Shown: positions 1 to 12,420 of the stretch, one piece after another
Layout: each line of letters opens with the position of its first letter
Position numbering within the stretch: position 1 is the first letter of the stretch
Source of the DNA: Lama guanicoe
Taxonomy: Eukaryota
Assembly: GCA_013239625.1 (NCBI GenBank)
Contig: MU053881.1
Location: 15,678,373 to 15,742,372, forward strand
Length of the DNA stretch: 64,000 nt
Reading direction: 5' to 3'
The notes under the pieces: generated by a model
What the model was told of the DNA's origin: nothing
What the model saw: the letters and a program-made list of their open reading frames with translations, nothing else
Database searches by the model: none
Position numbers and translations under genes: made by a program

Positions 1-58
1 TCCTCAGCAGCATCTCCACACTGACATTTTCTATGTTCTGCTTAAATTCCTCATGCAC
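1..58 (-). CDS. FCHO1: FCHO1 coding exon (partial, runs off window): VHEEFKQNIENVSVEMLLR
   Basis: Reverse-strand translation matches FCHO1 F-BAR end; CAG acceptor at 59-61; phase continuous with previous exon. Confidence 0.93.
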   Translation of the reverse strand, partial: MHEEFKQNIENVSVEMLLR

Positions 59-151
59 CTGGGCCAGGCAGATGGAGTGTGTAACCAGGCAGGGCCAGAG
101 CCCTCTTGCCCGGCACCCACAGCCTTGTTCCCCACCCCTGACCCCACTCAC

Positions 152-250
152 CTGCCCAATCTGCACATGCGTGTCCTCCACTGAGTGGGCATAAGAGCCC
201 AGCAGGGCCTTCATGTGCCGCAGATGGGCCTCCTCCATGGCTTGAAAGCG
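152..250 (-). CDS. FCHO1: FCHO1 coding exon RFQAMEEAHLRHMKALLGSYAHSVEDTHVQIGQ
   Basis: 99 nt, cag acceptor and gtgagt donor, FCHO1 F-BAR sequence. Confidence 0.95.
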
Positions 251-469
251 CTGAGGTGGGAGGGGAGGGGCAAATGGGAAGGTGAAGCCACAAAGAATGG
301 CTATGTGACCCAGCCTGACCAATCAGAACCTTCCAACCCTCACTGGCCTCAGTGATTGACTTGGGGAAGAACCCCGGGACTTTTGCTGGAACTATAGGAA
401 AAAAACACATCCATACCCTGAGTTAATGAGCTGGTGGATGCATGTGGGGGCTGCTTGTGGCTACTTTGC

Positions 470-472
<3 letters not shown>

Positions 473-508
<36 letters not shown>
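473..508. repeat. (CA)n microsatellite
   Basis: Seen directly. Confidence 0.95.
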
Positions 509-1286
509 AGAAAGGCATGTCTCCCTAGGATTAAAGCCCTCAGGGAGAAAAACAGACTTGAGAAGCAGAGAGGCATAACTTCCTGCCAACACCATTTGAG
601 TACCTGGATCCAGCCATGCCTGATGCCCCTGCCCCCAAACTTTTCAGTTCCCTAAACTTATAAATCTCCTTGTCAGTTTGAATGAAGATTTCTATCACTT
701 GCAACTTTCTATCACTGCAAAATCAGAAAAAAGTTCTGATTCTTAATCCTGAGATTCTAATCTACCTTTTGAACATTTGATGGACAGAGACCCAGAGAGC
801 TGTTGTCAAAGGTTGCATAGCTGTGATAGATGGAGGCTGGACCAGGAATCCAGGCTTTTCAGCCACCATGACGTGTCAGGAGACCCTTAGCTTCTAAACC
901 CTGCCCTGTCTTGTTCTAAAACCTCATCAATAATAATAGAAATAATAATAATATTTCATAGAGTGGATTCTATGCACCTGGTACTAGTCTGAAAACTTCA
1001 CATATAGTGACTCATTTAATCTTCACAACAATTCTATCAGGCAGATATTATTACCGTCCCCATTTTACAGATGGGGAAACTAAGGCACAGAAATGGTTTG
1101 ATTTTTGAAATAATAACAACATCAACGGCAATAACAATAGCTAACTGGCTCTAGAATTCTATAGCTTTAAGCCTGTGATTCTAAGGCTTCTGGGAGTCGG
1201 GGGTTTGGAAAGTTCTGGCTTGAGGCCCATAGCATCCTAGGCCCAAGAATGTGTAGGTCTCCAAGGTACAGATGCCCGGTTCTTAC

Positions 1287-1391
1287 CAGAGCCGAGTCCA
1301 GCATCTTCTGCTCAAAGTCGGCACGGGCTGCGTTGTACTTCTCCACTGAACGCCGCAGGCTCTCTGCTGCCTTCTTGGTCTTGGTCTCTGC
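1287..1391 (-). CDS. FCHO1: FCHO1 coding exon AETKTKKAAESLRRSVEKYNAARADFEQKMLDSAL
   Basis: 105 nt, tag acceptor and gtaaga donor. Confidence 0.95.
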
Positions 1392-1604
1392 CTAGGAGGG
1401 ACAGGGAGGGGATGGGGTTGGGAGGGGAACACTCAAGGCACTTTCCCTGGCCCCATCCCTAGCACATAAACTCCTTGGGGTGTCCAAGGTCATGGTTCCA
1501 TAACATGTTTTCACTCTCCCATCAGGCAGCCCCGCCCACCATCGGCAAATTCCCCAGATGTGTGTGTGCCAGTGGTGGCTGGGGACCTGGAGCCCTGGAC
1601 CCAC

Positions 1605-1757
1605 CTTGTCCATCTCCTTCTGGCTGGTGCTCTCCCTCCGCAGCCGCTCCTGGTCCATGCAACGGTTCAGGTAGTTCTCGCGGGACTTGGGCAGGAGCTG
1701 GCTGACACCGGCAAGGACCTGCACCGCGTCCAGGGTGCCCACTGCTTCCTCTTTGCA
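1605..1757 (-). CDS. FCHO1: FCHO1 coding exon CKEEAVGTLDAVQ...STSQKEMDK
   Basis: 153 nt, inside ORF 1392..1922(-), cag/gtggg boundaries. Confidence 0.95.
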
Positions 1758-2242
1758 CTGTGAGGGTGGGGAAGGGGGCGCATGGGGGCCACCTGAAGCC
1801 CCTGATGGGGCGCAGGACCTAAGCAGATCCCAGGTGTACAGCGTGAAATTCCCAGCTTCCCAAACTTCTGAGGGATTCCAAGTCCTACAGAGTACTTTTT
1901 CTGAATATTCTATTAATTCCAAAATTTTAAGCTTTTAAAATAGGTAGTATCTACACATAATTCATATTTCAGAAAGTTTTAAGGGGTTAGCTCCGGTAAC
2001 AACCTCCCACACTCTCATCTCCAGCCTTCCAGGACTCTACCTAGGAGTTTCCCATTATTACCAGGATACACCTGCAGAATAACTAGACAAGCAAATGTGC
2101 TTGTTTTTGTCCATTTTTAAATGACAAATGGCAACAGTCTGTTCAACTCGCTGCTTTTACCACTTAATAATCTATTCCCAAGACTTCCATATCAGCCCAT
2201 AAAAAACTTTCTGTCCTCTAATTAAAAAATAATTGCAGAGGT

Positions 2243-2350
2243 AGGGAGAGTAATAGCTCAGTCACAGAGCACATGCTCAGCATGCACGAGGTCCTGGGTT
2301 CAATCCCCAGTACCTCCATTAAAAAAAGTGTAAATAATAATAATAATAAT
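2243..2350 (+). mobile_element. tRNA-derived SINE (Vic-1-like)
   Basis: tagctcag A-box, ggttcaatcccc B-box, A-rich tail. Confidence 0.85.
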
Positions 2351-2596
2351 AATTGTGGTGAAACACACATAACATAAAATTTGCCACCTTAGCCATTTTT
2401 AAGTCTACAGTATTAAGTACTGCCAACTTCCCTTTCTAACAGGGGTTAAAAACTGCAGATTCTAGGGCCTTGTGAATGCAAAGCTTTGAATATTCTGGGA
2501 TCCCGGGAGTCTCCTGTCTGAATCTTCCAGGATTCTAGGTTTGTTAAGAGTCTAGAAATGTCAAACAACGAGATCTGCAGCTCCTAGTGTGCTAGA

Positions 2597-3080
2597 TCAT
2601 GGTTTGGCAAACTTTTCTTGTAAAAGTTTCTGAGAGTAAATGGGTTCCACTCGTCCTGAACACTCAGCTCAGCCCTTGCAGCTGGAAAACCGCCACAGAC
2701 AATACCTACGTGAATAGACGTGGCTGGGTGTCAACAGACCTTTATTTCTCAGCACTGAAATCTGAGTGTCATGCAATGTTCTTTTGATTTTTTTTCCTCA
2801 AACATTTAAAAATGTAGAAACTAGGGGGAGAATATAGCTCAGTGGTGGAGAGTGTGCTTAGCATGCACGAGGTCCTGGGTTCAATCCCCGTTTTTTAATG
2901 GAGGTTTTTCCACCTCTGTTAAAAAAAAAAAACAAACAAAAACACCTAATTGCCTCCCCCCTAAAAATTTTTAAAAATTAAAAAAAAATTTTTTTTAACG
3001 TAGAAACCATCTTTAGCTCAAGGGCTGTACAAAAACAGGTAGGCTGGATGTGGCCTACGGGCTGTAGTTTGCAGACCGAT
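2597..3080. mobile_element. MER58-like hAT element interrupted by a Vic-1-like SINE (2824-2965)
   Basis: ttggcaaactttt ... ggctggatgtggcctacgggctgtagtttgc termini; SINE A/B boxes inside. Confidence 0.7.
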
Positions 3081-3271
3081 GCTCTAGAATTTTCAGAGTC
3101 TGAAATTCAACAGTGTTCAGGCCTGTGAGATACTGGGTTTGCTGTTGTGGGATTAACAGAATTCTCAGAGGCACACACCAGGGGCTGGAGGTTCCAAGGC
3201 CCCAGAAGTGTTGGGACCTGGGGAGCTGCTGGGGTCCCCACCCAGCGGCCAGCTGCACGCACAGCACGCAC

Positions 3272-3413
3272 CTTCTTGTGCGTCTTGAGCTGTTCGTCGC
3301 CGTAGCGGAGCACGTCCTTGATGAGGTCTTGCAGCTTCCGTGTCAGCTCCAGGTGACAGAGTGCTAGCTTGTCTGAGGAGACTCGGAAGACCTCCCAGAG
3401 TGGGGCGAAGGTT
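3272..3413 (-). CDS. FCHO1: FCHO1 coding exon [15 protein letters not shown]...QLKTHKK
   Basis: 142 nt, inside ORF 3107..3502(-), cag/gtgcgt boundaries, phase fits. Confidence 0.95.
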
Positions 3414-4563
3414 CTGGAAATGGGTAGGGTCACACCCTGGGCCCAGGAGGTCCAACCCCCCAGGGTCCCCTCAGACAGTATGACTGGCATTAGCTCAGGC
3501 ACCTCATGTGTCCCAGGCCCCGCTAAGCATGAACATATATCAACTCATTGACTTCCCACTGCAGTCGAAGGAGGCGGGTCTGTGGCAGATGGGGAAACTG
3601 AGGCACACGAGGCTCCATAACTCACCCCAGGCCCCTCAGCAAATGAACATAAGAGCTGGAATTTAAACCCAGGCTGAGGCCTCATAGTCTTCGCTCTGAA
3701 CTCCAGGTCACACCTGATACTCATAGGCAGCTAAGTCTCAACCCGCCCAAACCAAGTTTGTGGGGCCTTCCCCCCTCAACAGAAGTCCCCTCTGGCCTCC
3801 CTGCTGCCTTCCCTCCTTGCTGCCTCTATTTCAGCCACCGACAGAACCTCCACCCCACGCAGGGAACTTTGCGATGCCAACAGGATCACATCTCATCCTT
3901 GTTTAAAAGTCACTTATATGTCAGGTCCCTGTGGCCCCTTCCCCTCCATTTTCCCCCACCTCAACTCCATCTTGCCCAGGCCCTACAGCCATGCCAGCCT
4001 CTTTGCTCTTCCTTAAACATGCTTGGTGCATTGCTGCCTCAGGGCCTTTGCACTAGCCGAGCCACCTGCCTGGTTCTCTGTCCCCTAGACACACCCCCAC
4101 CACCCGCCTCAGCTGATTCCTTCTCTTTATTGAGGTTTTGGCTCCAGAGATAGTGCCGAATCTCTAATGTTTCTATGTCATTCTCTTCCTAGCCCTTTTC
4201 ACCCTGGGAAATAATTTAGTTCATGTTTGTGGTTAATATCTGTGTGTCACACATCCCATATACACACCATTTGAACATGGCATGAAGGTGACTGGAGGTT
4301 TTATCTGTCTTGATTGCCCCTGGGTCCCCTGATGCCTGGAACACAGTATGTGCTCAGTAAATACTTACTGAATGAATGAATGAACTAGTGAATGAATGAA
4401 TGATCTATATATATTCCTCTGTCTGATTAGCCCCATGAGCAAGGGGATGACTCCCTGTTCCACATATCATGAGGCTGAAGAGATGTCCACTCAAGGGCAG
4501 GCTCTTGATGCCCCGAGGGCCACACCCCCTTGGCGACTCGTGCCCCACCCACAGCCCACTCAC

Positions 4564-4638
4564 CCCATGGGGGTCCCATTGCTGGCCAGCTTGGAAAGTT
4601 TTGCCATCGCCTTCGAGTAGGTCTCCTCGATGGTGGCC
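4564..4638 (-). CDS. FCHO1: FCHO1 coding exon ATIEETYSKAMAKLSKLASNGTPM
   Basis: 75 nt, cag/gtgagt boundaries, FCH motif continuation. Confidence 0.95.
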
Positions 4639-5772
4639 CTGGGTAGAAGGATGCAGAAAGGATGGAGAAGGTTCTGGGCACACTTAGGAAAGGCCCCACA
4701 CCCCTGGGCCTCGGTTTCCCCATCTCAAACATCTGAGCAGTGGCTCTCCGGGAGATGATACAGTCCCCTGGCAGGGGGATGTGCTTTGGAAATTCATGGG
4801 ACAAGTTTTTATCTTTAAGTAATACATTTTACTAACAACAGTAGTAGTAGCAGCAGTAGCAGGTAAAAAAAAGTTGTTTTTTAAGCCAGGGCTGGGGGGT
4901 AGAGCTTAGCAAGCATGAGGTTCCAGATTCAATCCCTAGTACCTCCATTAAAAAGAATTTTTAAGCACATACTATATATGCTTTATATGCTTTTTCTCAT
5001 TTAATTGTAGATGACAAACTCATAATTCCTTTTTTCCTCTAGACAAACACCACTAAATGCCTACCTAATATCACCTCACATCTTTATCCCAATAGAACCT
5101 CAAATTTGTTTGGGGTAGCAATGTACCCAGTTAAAACCAGTTACCTACTGGGGCAATTTTTGGATAGAGGCACCCATGGGGTACCATAGACAATCACTAT
5201 CCAGGGTCTGAAGGCCCATAAAATAAAGAGTTGTCCCTGTCCTGTATGGCTGAGACAGGTCCCATGTGACCGCCACAAAGAGAAAAACCTGGTTAATAAT
5301 CCTTGGACTCTGCCTGGATTTAACGGGTGTTCAGCTGCTGAGTGGCTGGGAAGCAGAGGCTGCCTTGCAATTTGAGTTTATTATGTTTTCTGGGACATTG
5401 GAGCATTTACATGCTGAAATGTAGATGATTTCATCATACATATATTTTTTTAAAAATCATACTCAGGACTCGAGATTTGAGTTTTCAAAATTTTCCTTGT
5501 AAGTAGGTCAGATTATCGTCTTTTCAGGAGAGGCGTTAGCAGCCTGGTGATTATTGTTTAAAATGGGGCATGAGGCTGACATTGTTCAGAACTGTTGGTT
5601 TGGAGGGTCTTCAAGCCCGTCTGGTTCCTGGAGACCCAAGGGATCTGGACCCTGCCGGGCAGGGTGTGATGTGGTGGTAAGGTGGGATGGGCAAGGGGAA
5701 AATTGGAGCCACCAGGTGGCTGTGTGGACTGTGGGGCGTGGCCTGGGGGTGGGTGGGGCTCGGGGACCTCAC

Positions 5773-5864
5773 CTCTCCCGGATGAAGTCCGCCAGCTCCT
5801 TGGTGGAGATGGGCCCCTGCTTCACACTGTGGTACAGGACCTCAAAGCCTTGGTTTTTCTCTCC
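5773..5864 (-). CDS. FCHO1: FCHO1 coding exon [31 protein letters not shown]
   Basis: 92 nt, cag/gtgagg boundaries, FCH domain. Confidence 0.95.
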
Positions 5865-8576
5865 CTGCGGGGAATAGGGGTAGAGACTGAGAAAGAGGAT
5901 GGAGAGGACATCAAGGTTGCCTACCAACAGAGGAGAGCCCCAGGAGCTAACCTGCAGAAGTCCATCCTCTTGGCTATAGGGATTGGTTCAGGCCTGAGCC
6001 AATCAGCCTAATGCATTTCCCCCAATCACCAGAATTAGTTCATGGGCCTTAATTTAACCCAGTCAGAAAGAAGCCTAGGATTTTTGTCCTATAGTTGAGA
6101 GAGAGACAGTCTCATGCACTGGTTGTCTCTCTCTGTCACTATCTTTCTGTCTTTGTGTGTGTGTGTCTCTATGTGTATCTCTCTGCCTCTGTTTCTTTCT
6201 CTGTCAGTCTCTTCCCCTCTGTTTTTCTCTGTTTGTGTCTTCCCATAAATGAGGAATTATGTGATCACAGGAGATATTAGAAACTAAGTGGAAATCATGA
6301 AATTTGGAAAGAAGCTGAACCTGAGAGAGTCCGAATAAAAAGCATGTTGAGTAGAGTTGCTGGCTCAAACCAACCCTGAAGGCCACACTACCATACAACT
6401 TTTCAATTTTATTAAGCAATGTGACCTTTGTTGCTTAAATCACTGTAGTTGTCGCTTTTCTGTTTTCTTCAACATAGACACTCCCTCTCTGAGAACCCCA
6501 CAAAGCAGGATGTGGGTCTGACGCCTCTCTCAGGACCCAGCAATGTCCAGTACAGGGCAGCGGCACAGAACGGGCATTTGAGTTTGTTGACTAGATGAAC
6601 AAAAGTTATTTTGCTGTTACCTGGTACTGGTAGGAACAGAGCCTCCACCCTGGTGCCTGCTGATACCTCACACAAAACCTCTTTCCTCCTAGTTCTGGGG
6701 TCACCCTGGTAGGGGAGGCCAGGGCTGTGCTGTGTGATCCAGACCAGTCACTGTCCCTTTCTGAACCTGTAGTGGCTCCTTGTTAAGGTGGGGGCAGGGA
6801 GTCATCTATCCCTCATATGACGGTGAAGTAAATACCACGATGATCCATGTCAGGGTCCCCTAAAGCCCCAGCCGGATCCTGTCACATGTGAAGGGAAACA
6901 TGTCTGAACACTGGGCTGTCAGTTAAAAAGGACATCAACTGGGTTTGGAGGAAAGTAGGAAACATTTTAGCACCAAATGGGGCCTTGTAATTAGGACTGA
7001 AAGAGGAAGCTCATGGAGGGATCCAATAGTACTTATTTCCCAGCACAAATCACTGAAGCAATCTTTTGGGTAGCACTTCACAAGCCCTCCAGAAAGGATG
7101 GTTTCCTCCATCCTCTTTCAAACTGTAGGGTTCACCTTCCTAGTTACCTGGAAGTTCGAAAACCAAAGCCAGAAGTCACTGCCAGCTCAGCCCTCTTGCT
7201 GCACAAATGGAGAAAAAGAGGCCAAGACTGGGGCAGACCAAGGACAGCCTCAAGCCCAAATGTCCCAACAGATACTCCTCACTCTAGAATCATCGATGGC
7301 TCCCTATTGTCCATCAGCTGCTGAAGCCCAAAGTCTTTAGCCTGGAATTGCCTTTCCAACTTCACCTCCCAGCTTCCTCTTGGCCTCACCAGCAAAAGAG
7401 CCAACAGTGCAGAGACACACTGCGCCTTCCCACCACCGTATCTGTGCTGGGGGTGTTGCTGTCACCTGGCCCACTAGCCTGCATCCCTTTCAACCCACCA
7501 AATTCTTCCACCTCTCAAGGATCACTGCCAGACCCACCTCCTTCAGGAATCTTCTCAGACCCCCACTTCCTTAAAATTCACTGTTGATCCCTCCAGCTTC
7601 CCAGGAATATATTCTCTCTCTTCTCATGTCTAGAGTTGGATTTTCAAGGCTCAAGTGTCAAATCCTCCTTTTATGCACTAGGTCACTCTGGGACACTGAC
7701 TTTACTCTCTGGGCCTCAGTTTCCTCATCTGACAAATGGTGACAATGACAGTGCTCACCTCCTCCCAAAGATCTTTGTGAGATGAGGCTGGTACAGGACA
7801 CGGGGCCTCCTGCACATAGGGGTGAGGGCTCAGCAAACAGCCCCAGCAGCCCCCCACCCACCCTGTACAGGGGATCCTCGGGTGAGGCTGCACCAGGCAC
7901 CGCCGCCCAGGCCAGCATCTGGAGCTGACTCAGAGCCAACTGCTGGCCTGTTTCCCAGACCTGGCAAAGCCCCCAGCAGTGTCTGACTCCCTTGGGCTGG
8001 GCTGGCAGCTGAGGGTCCTGGGAGGGGCTGTCTCGGGCCTGTGTCTCCTATCAGAATCTCTGGACTCCAATCTTGCTTCCATATCAGCCCCAGAGAGATC
8101 TTTCTAAGACAGCTGATCATATTCCTCTCCTGCTCACACCTCCCCCATGGCTCCCCAGTGCCCTCTGTGCCTCCAGCCCTGCCTTGGTCCAACAAGACTG
8201 GGGTATCCCTGTCTGGCTTATCTCCCCTGACTGGAGCCTCCTTCAGGCCAGTCAGGGCCCCAGTGTCACCCAGCAAAGAGCCACCAATACTGACAATAGA
8301 TTAAAAGAAACTGATGAAAAGAGATGGATATTCCAGGGGTACTCCCTGAGTCCTGGGGAAGCAGAAATTTCATCCCCCTTTCCCAAATGGGAAATTGAGG
8401 CTTTGAGATGCAAAGTCACTTGCCCAAGGGCCACCAGCAGAGAGAGCCCAATGCAAATTCCAAACTCAAAGCTCTTATCCACTGTGCACCAGGTTATCTT
8501 TGGAGGGGTGGGGGTGGGAGGGGGTGGCTTCTATTTTCTCTTTCCTGGTCTGAATTTTCTGCAGTGAGCTCGCATG

Positions 8577-8654
8577 CCTCATGCTATTAAAAAGAATTTA
8601 AAATAAATGTAAGTACCTCATGCTATTAAGAGAAATTTAAAATAAATGTAAGTA
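8577..8654. repeat. 39-bp tandem duplication
   Basis: cctcatgctattaa(aaagaa/gagaaa)tttaaaataaatgtaagta twice. Confidence 0.9.
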
Positions 8655-9847
8655 CCACTTTCAGGGTTCCAAAATGTGAGCAACAACTGATCCGCAAATG
8701 ATCAACCCCCTTACATGGAAGTGCCAATAGGGCCTCAGAAAGGGGCAGCCCCTCAATGGGGTCACACAGCCATTCAGAGGTAAATCCAGGGACCCTTGGA
8801 AAGGAGGTGGAGGTCAGGCCCTCCCTACCCCTTGCAGGTGGCAAGGGGCTGAGGCCCCTTTAAGAAGGCAAGTGCTAGTAAGAGGAGCCCCAGCTGGGGA
8901 GGGAGAAAGGCCTGTTGCCAGGGGCAACCAGATGCCTAGCAACGGGCTTCCTCTCTGCAAGCTCTGGGCCTGCAACTGAGGAAGGGGGTTTCTGCCCTGG
9001 TCCTTCCCTTATCCTGTTCACATATCCTCTGTGGCTCCCCATTAGCCTGGCCCTACAGAAGTCCTTGTGCCCTAAACTGGCTACCCAGAGTCACACCTCT
9101 GGATTTTTTCCCAGGCTGTTCCCCTGCCTGGAATACCTTTCAGACATCCTGAAACATCAGTCTTCAAAGCCCGTGTGTTTTGGCTCCTCCTCTGGACACA
9201 CCCAAGGCTGGGCTCAGCCCTGACCCTGCAGGGCTGAAGGTGTCTGACTAGCCTGTGTCCCCCAGACTGGGGACTCCTCAGGGTAAAGTTTGGGATGGAG
9301 TCTCTTGGGTACCCCGGTATCTCCCAGAGCTAGCAGTGGGTGGGGTGGTGGTGACAGGGAGGGAGGGAGTGAATGAAGGAAAACATGTCTGTCTCACTTG
9401 TCCCTTGGGTCACAGACTGTGGTCCGCAGCCTGGAGGGCAGACAGGTAAGGGGTCTCCAGGGTCAAGTTAAGAAAACCCCTCAACTCTCCAGAATGGGAA
9501 AGATGTGGAAATTCCCTGGCTAGAGTGATCCTGGATCCTGGAAGTTCAGTCTGGCCCTGGGTTTGAGCCCTGACTCTGCACTTTCTCACTGGGCAACTTC
9601 AGGTGAGATTTCTACTCTGGGCCTCAGTCTCCCTGTTCAAGCTGTGACTTGCCCAAGGTCACAAAGCCTGTGAGGTCTGGAGATATAGATTCAAACCCAG
9701 CCTGACTCTTCCCACTTTAACTTCTACCCTCTGCAGGATCTCCATCTGCCCAAGATTGCCCACAAGCCACCAGGTCCCTCTATCTGCATAAAAGCCCCCA
9801 CAGCCCTTCTGGGAGCCCCCACCAAAATAAGGGTAGATCTTACTTAC

Positions 9848-9874
9848 CCAAAAATGCTCCCCAAAATACGACAT
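9848..9874 (-). CDS. FCHO1: FCHO1 first coding segment MSYFGEHFW (exon about 9848-9922 including 5'UTR)
   Basis: ATG at 9872-9874, gtaagt donor, polypyrimidine tract and cag acceptor at 9923-9925; matches FCHO1 N-terminus. Confidence 0.95.
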
Positions 9875-10549
9875 TCTGATGGCCTCTGTGGAAACCCCCA
9901 AAGGCTCCTGTTCAGTGCCTGTCTGAAGAGAAAAGCAAGTTTGGGCTGTAGTCACAGACAGCTTGGGCCTGAGGAGGGGAAATTCCAACTGTCCTCCTTG
10001 TGGAGGAAGGAGAAAGAAGATGGAGGTGGAACCAAAAGCCCCAAGGCTGGGAGTATGCCAGGGCCCCTGAGATGACTCAGATTTGGATACAGATGCCCCC
10101 AGTCTGGGGTCAGAGCTGGACTAGATGGAGAGATAGGAGCTGGGGGAGCCGAGACTAGAGGAAGGGGCATGGGAGTTGGGGTTTTTAAGTGTGAATAGGA
10201 GTTCACAGTCGGGGTACAGGTGCTGGATGAGCCCCAGCCTGGGTAAAAAACTCAGATGGAAAAACTGAGCCCCCCACCCCACCACCAAGGGGAAGCCACT
10301 TGCCAAGGTCACACAGCCAGGAAGTGCCAGTGGATTTGCACTCAGGCCAGCTGAGTCCTGACCTGAGCACTCAGCTCCACACTGGGCAGCTCCTGTGGGA
10401 AAAGGGTCTGGTGAGAGATGGCCACTGGGACTGTGATCAGCCACATGGGAGTTGGGGTCCCCACAGTGTCCCCAAGTGTCCCTCGGGGTCTCCTGAATCC
10501 ATCTGCAACAGTCCCCATGTCATGCACACTCCTGAGACGGAAAGCTCAC

Positions 10550-10671
10550 CCTTCACTGTGGTGACCCAGCTGACACTGGTACTAGCATGAGTCCCAACCC
10601 TGCCTCCTGGAAGCCAGTGTGTTCACCTGGTGTCTGAGTCACTGTCCAGCTCTGTGCCTCTGTTTCCCCAT
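10550..10671 (-). other. FCHO1: Candidate FCHO1 non-coding 5'UTR exon overlapping a MIR remnant
   Basis: tccttcttattttgcag acceptor and AAGG/gtgagc donor; MIR core gcctctgtttccccatctgcaaaat at the acceptor. Confidence 0.45.
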
Positions 10672-12195
10672 CTGCAAAATAAGAAGGAATGCCTAGAAGG
10701 GGTCCTGCTGGGCCAAGCCACCAGCCGAAGGAGGGACACTTGGTGTCCTTGGCACATTCTCGAGGTTGGGCTTGTCACTGGAGCCCACAGGCCTCATCCA
10801 TAATTCATGACCCTGCAGGCAACTCAACAGCAGCTGGGAGCCCAGGAGGCACCCTAGCAGCAGGGATGGGGCTGGAGACCGCAGGATGGGAAAGCTCCCC
10901 AGGCCTCACCAGGAAAGGACCGAGCAAGGAACTTGGACAAGGCTGCCCCTCACTGAGTCTCAGTTTTCTAATCTTGAAAGTGTTTAATTTGCCCCATTAT
11001 CATCTAGCCCCTGGTCCCTTGCCTTCTGTAAGTCACCCAGCACCCACCATGTGCCACCTGGCTAGGACAGAGCCAGGGTCCATGCGATGATTCAACCCTG
11101 AGCCTGATCCCTGAGTAGCCCCCAGTTTAGAAGAACAGAGCTGAACACAGATACCTAGTCCTGCAGGGTTAGGGCTAGACCAAATGGAGGAACAAGGACT
11201 GGAGGAACCTGGACTAAAGGAGGGGCATGGGAGTTGGGGTTTTAAAGCATGAATAGAAGTTCACCAGGCAAACAATTATTTGATTCAACAAACATTCCCA
11301 ACCACCACCCTGTGCTCAGCAGTGCTGGGGCCCCAGAGTAATTTCAGCCCTTGGTGTAGCTCCTGAGGAAACCCACTCTAGCTGGGGGCATGCTAAGCTG
11401 ATATCCCAAGGTGGGAAAAGCCCTAAATTCTTAGTTTCTGGCTATGACCTAAACCCTGAACATCTCCAAATCCCTTGGAGCTATGCTAACTGATATGGGA
11501 ACCACTAGTCCCGTGTGGCAACTTACTTGTAAACTTGGTAAAATGAAATACAATTAAACCCCAAGTTCTTCAGTTGTGCCAGCCTTGTTTTCAGGGCTCA
11601 GAAGCCAGATGGGACTGGTGGCCACAGTACTAGCCAGCACAGATAAAGTTCTGCTAGACAGTGCCGCTGTAGAGGATTCTAGCAGCTAGCAGGCCCAGGT
11701 TCCCCAGAAACCAAGAATCTTGTTACTGCTTTCACAACTCCCATTAGATCACCCCTCCCCTCCACACACACTGAGTGCCAGTGTGTGTGCAGCACTGTGC
11801 CCAACTCATCACTGGTACCAGTTCACTTAAACTTCACAACCACAGTGTGGTTGCTCAATCCCAACCTTAAAGATGAGGAAATTGAGGCCTCCCTGTCCCC
11901 TGGTCACTATGATTTTGTCCCCAACTTTTCTGCCAAAGAACTTCTGTCGGGACTACCAGATGTGGCTCTGGGGCTCTGCATTCCCACTACCACCTTGCCA
12001 CCTGTCCCACTGCTCAGAGCCGGGATGAGGGGGCAGGGTGGCAAAGCAAACGGTGGCCCTGCGCAGGGCCCCGCCTGGCCCAGGAAGTGACAGCTACTGC
12101 TTCTCCCCAAAACCTGGACCAGGTAGAAGGGCCTCCCTTCTGTTGCTGAGGGGGGCCAAGGAGGAGCAATAGGGACCTACTGATTAGGGCTCAAA

Positions 12196-12420
12196 CTTAC
12201 CGGACAGCAAGTGGGACCAAACCCCTGTCAGACGGGGGCGGGCACCAGGAGATAGCCACGTGGCCCCTGCCACTTCCGTTAGCACCAAGCAGAGGCCTGT
12301 GTGCCTGGGGGACAGGAAGCTCATCCGCCCCGCCCACCGCCCAACCGCCACCTCACCTTCCCCGTAGACCAGCCCCCATGGGACCTTCCTGGAACCACGC
12401 AGGCCATGTGTGGGTAAACT
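12196..12420 (-). promoter_or_regulatory. FCHO1: Candidate internal FCHO1 promoter / alternative first exon(s)
   Basis: GC boxes (ggggcggg, ccgccccgccc), ETS cores (cacttccg, acaggaag), minus-strand donors at 12196-12200 (gtaag) and 12351-12356 (gtgagg). Confidence 0.4.

Noticed and set aside
2243..2330. tRNA gene calls for the A/B-box elements here and elsewhere
   Set aside because: Diverged, with A-rich tails and shared non-tRNA 3' sequence; these are SINEs, not tRNA genes
10090..11270. Direct repeat of about 55 bp (10152-10206 versus 11212-11264)
   Set aside because: Looks like parallel decayed L2-type remnants, with similar text near 49370; no sign of a functional element
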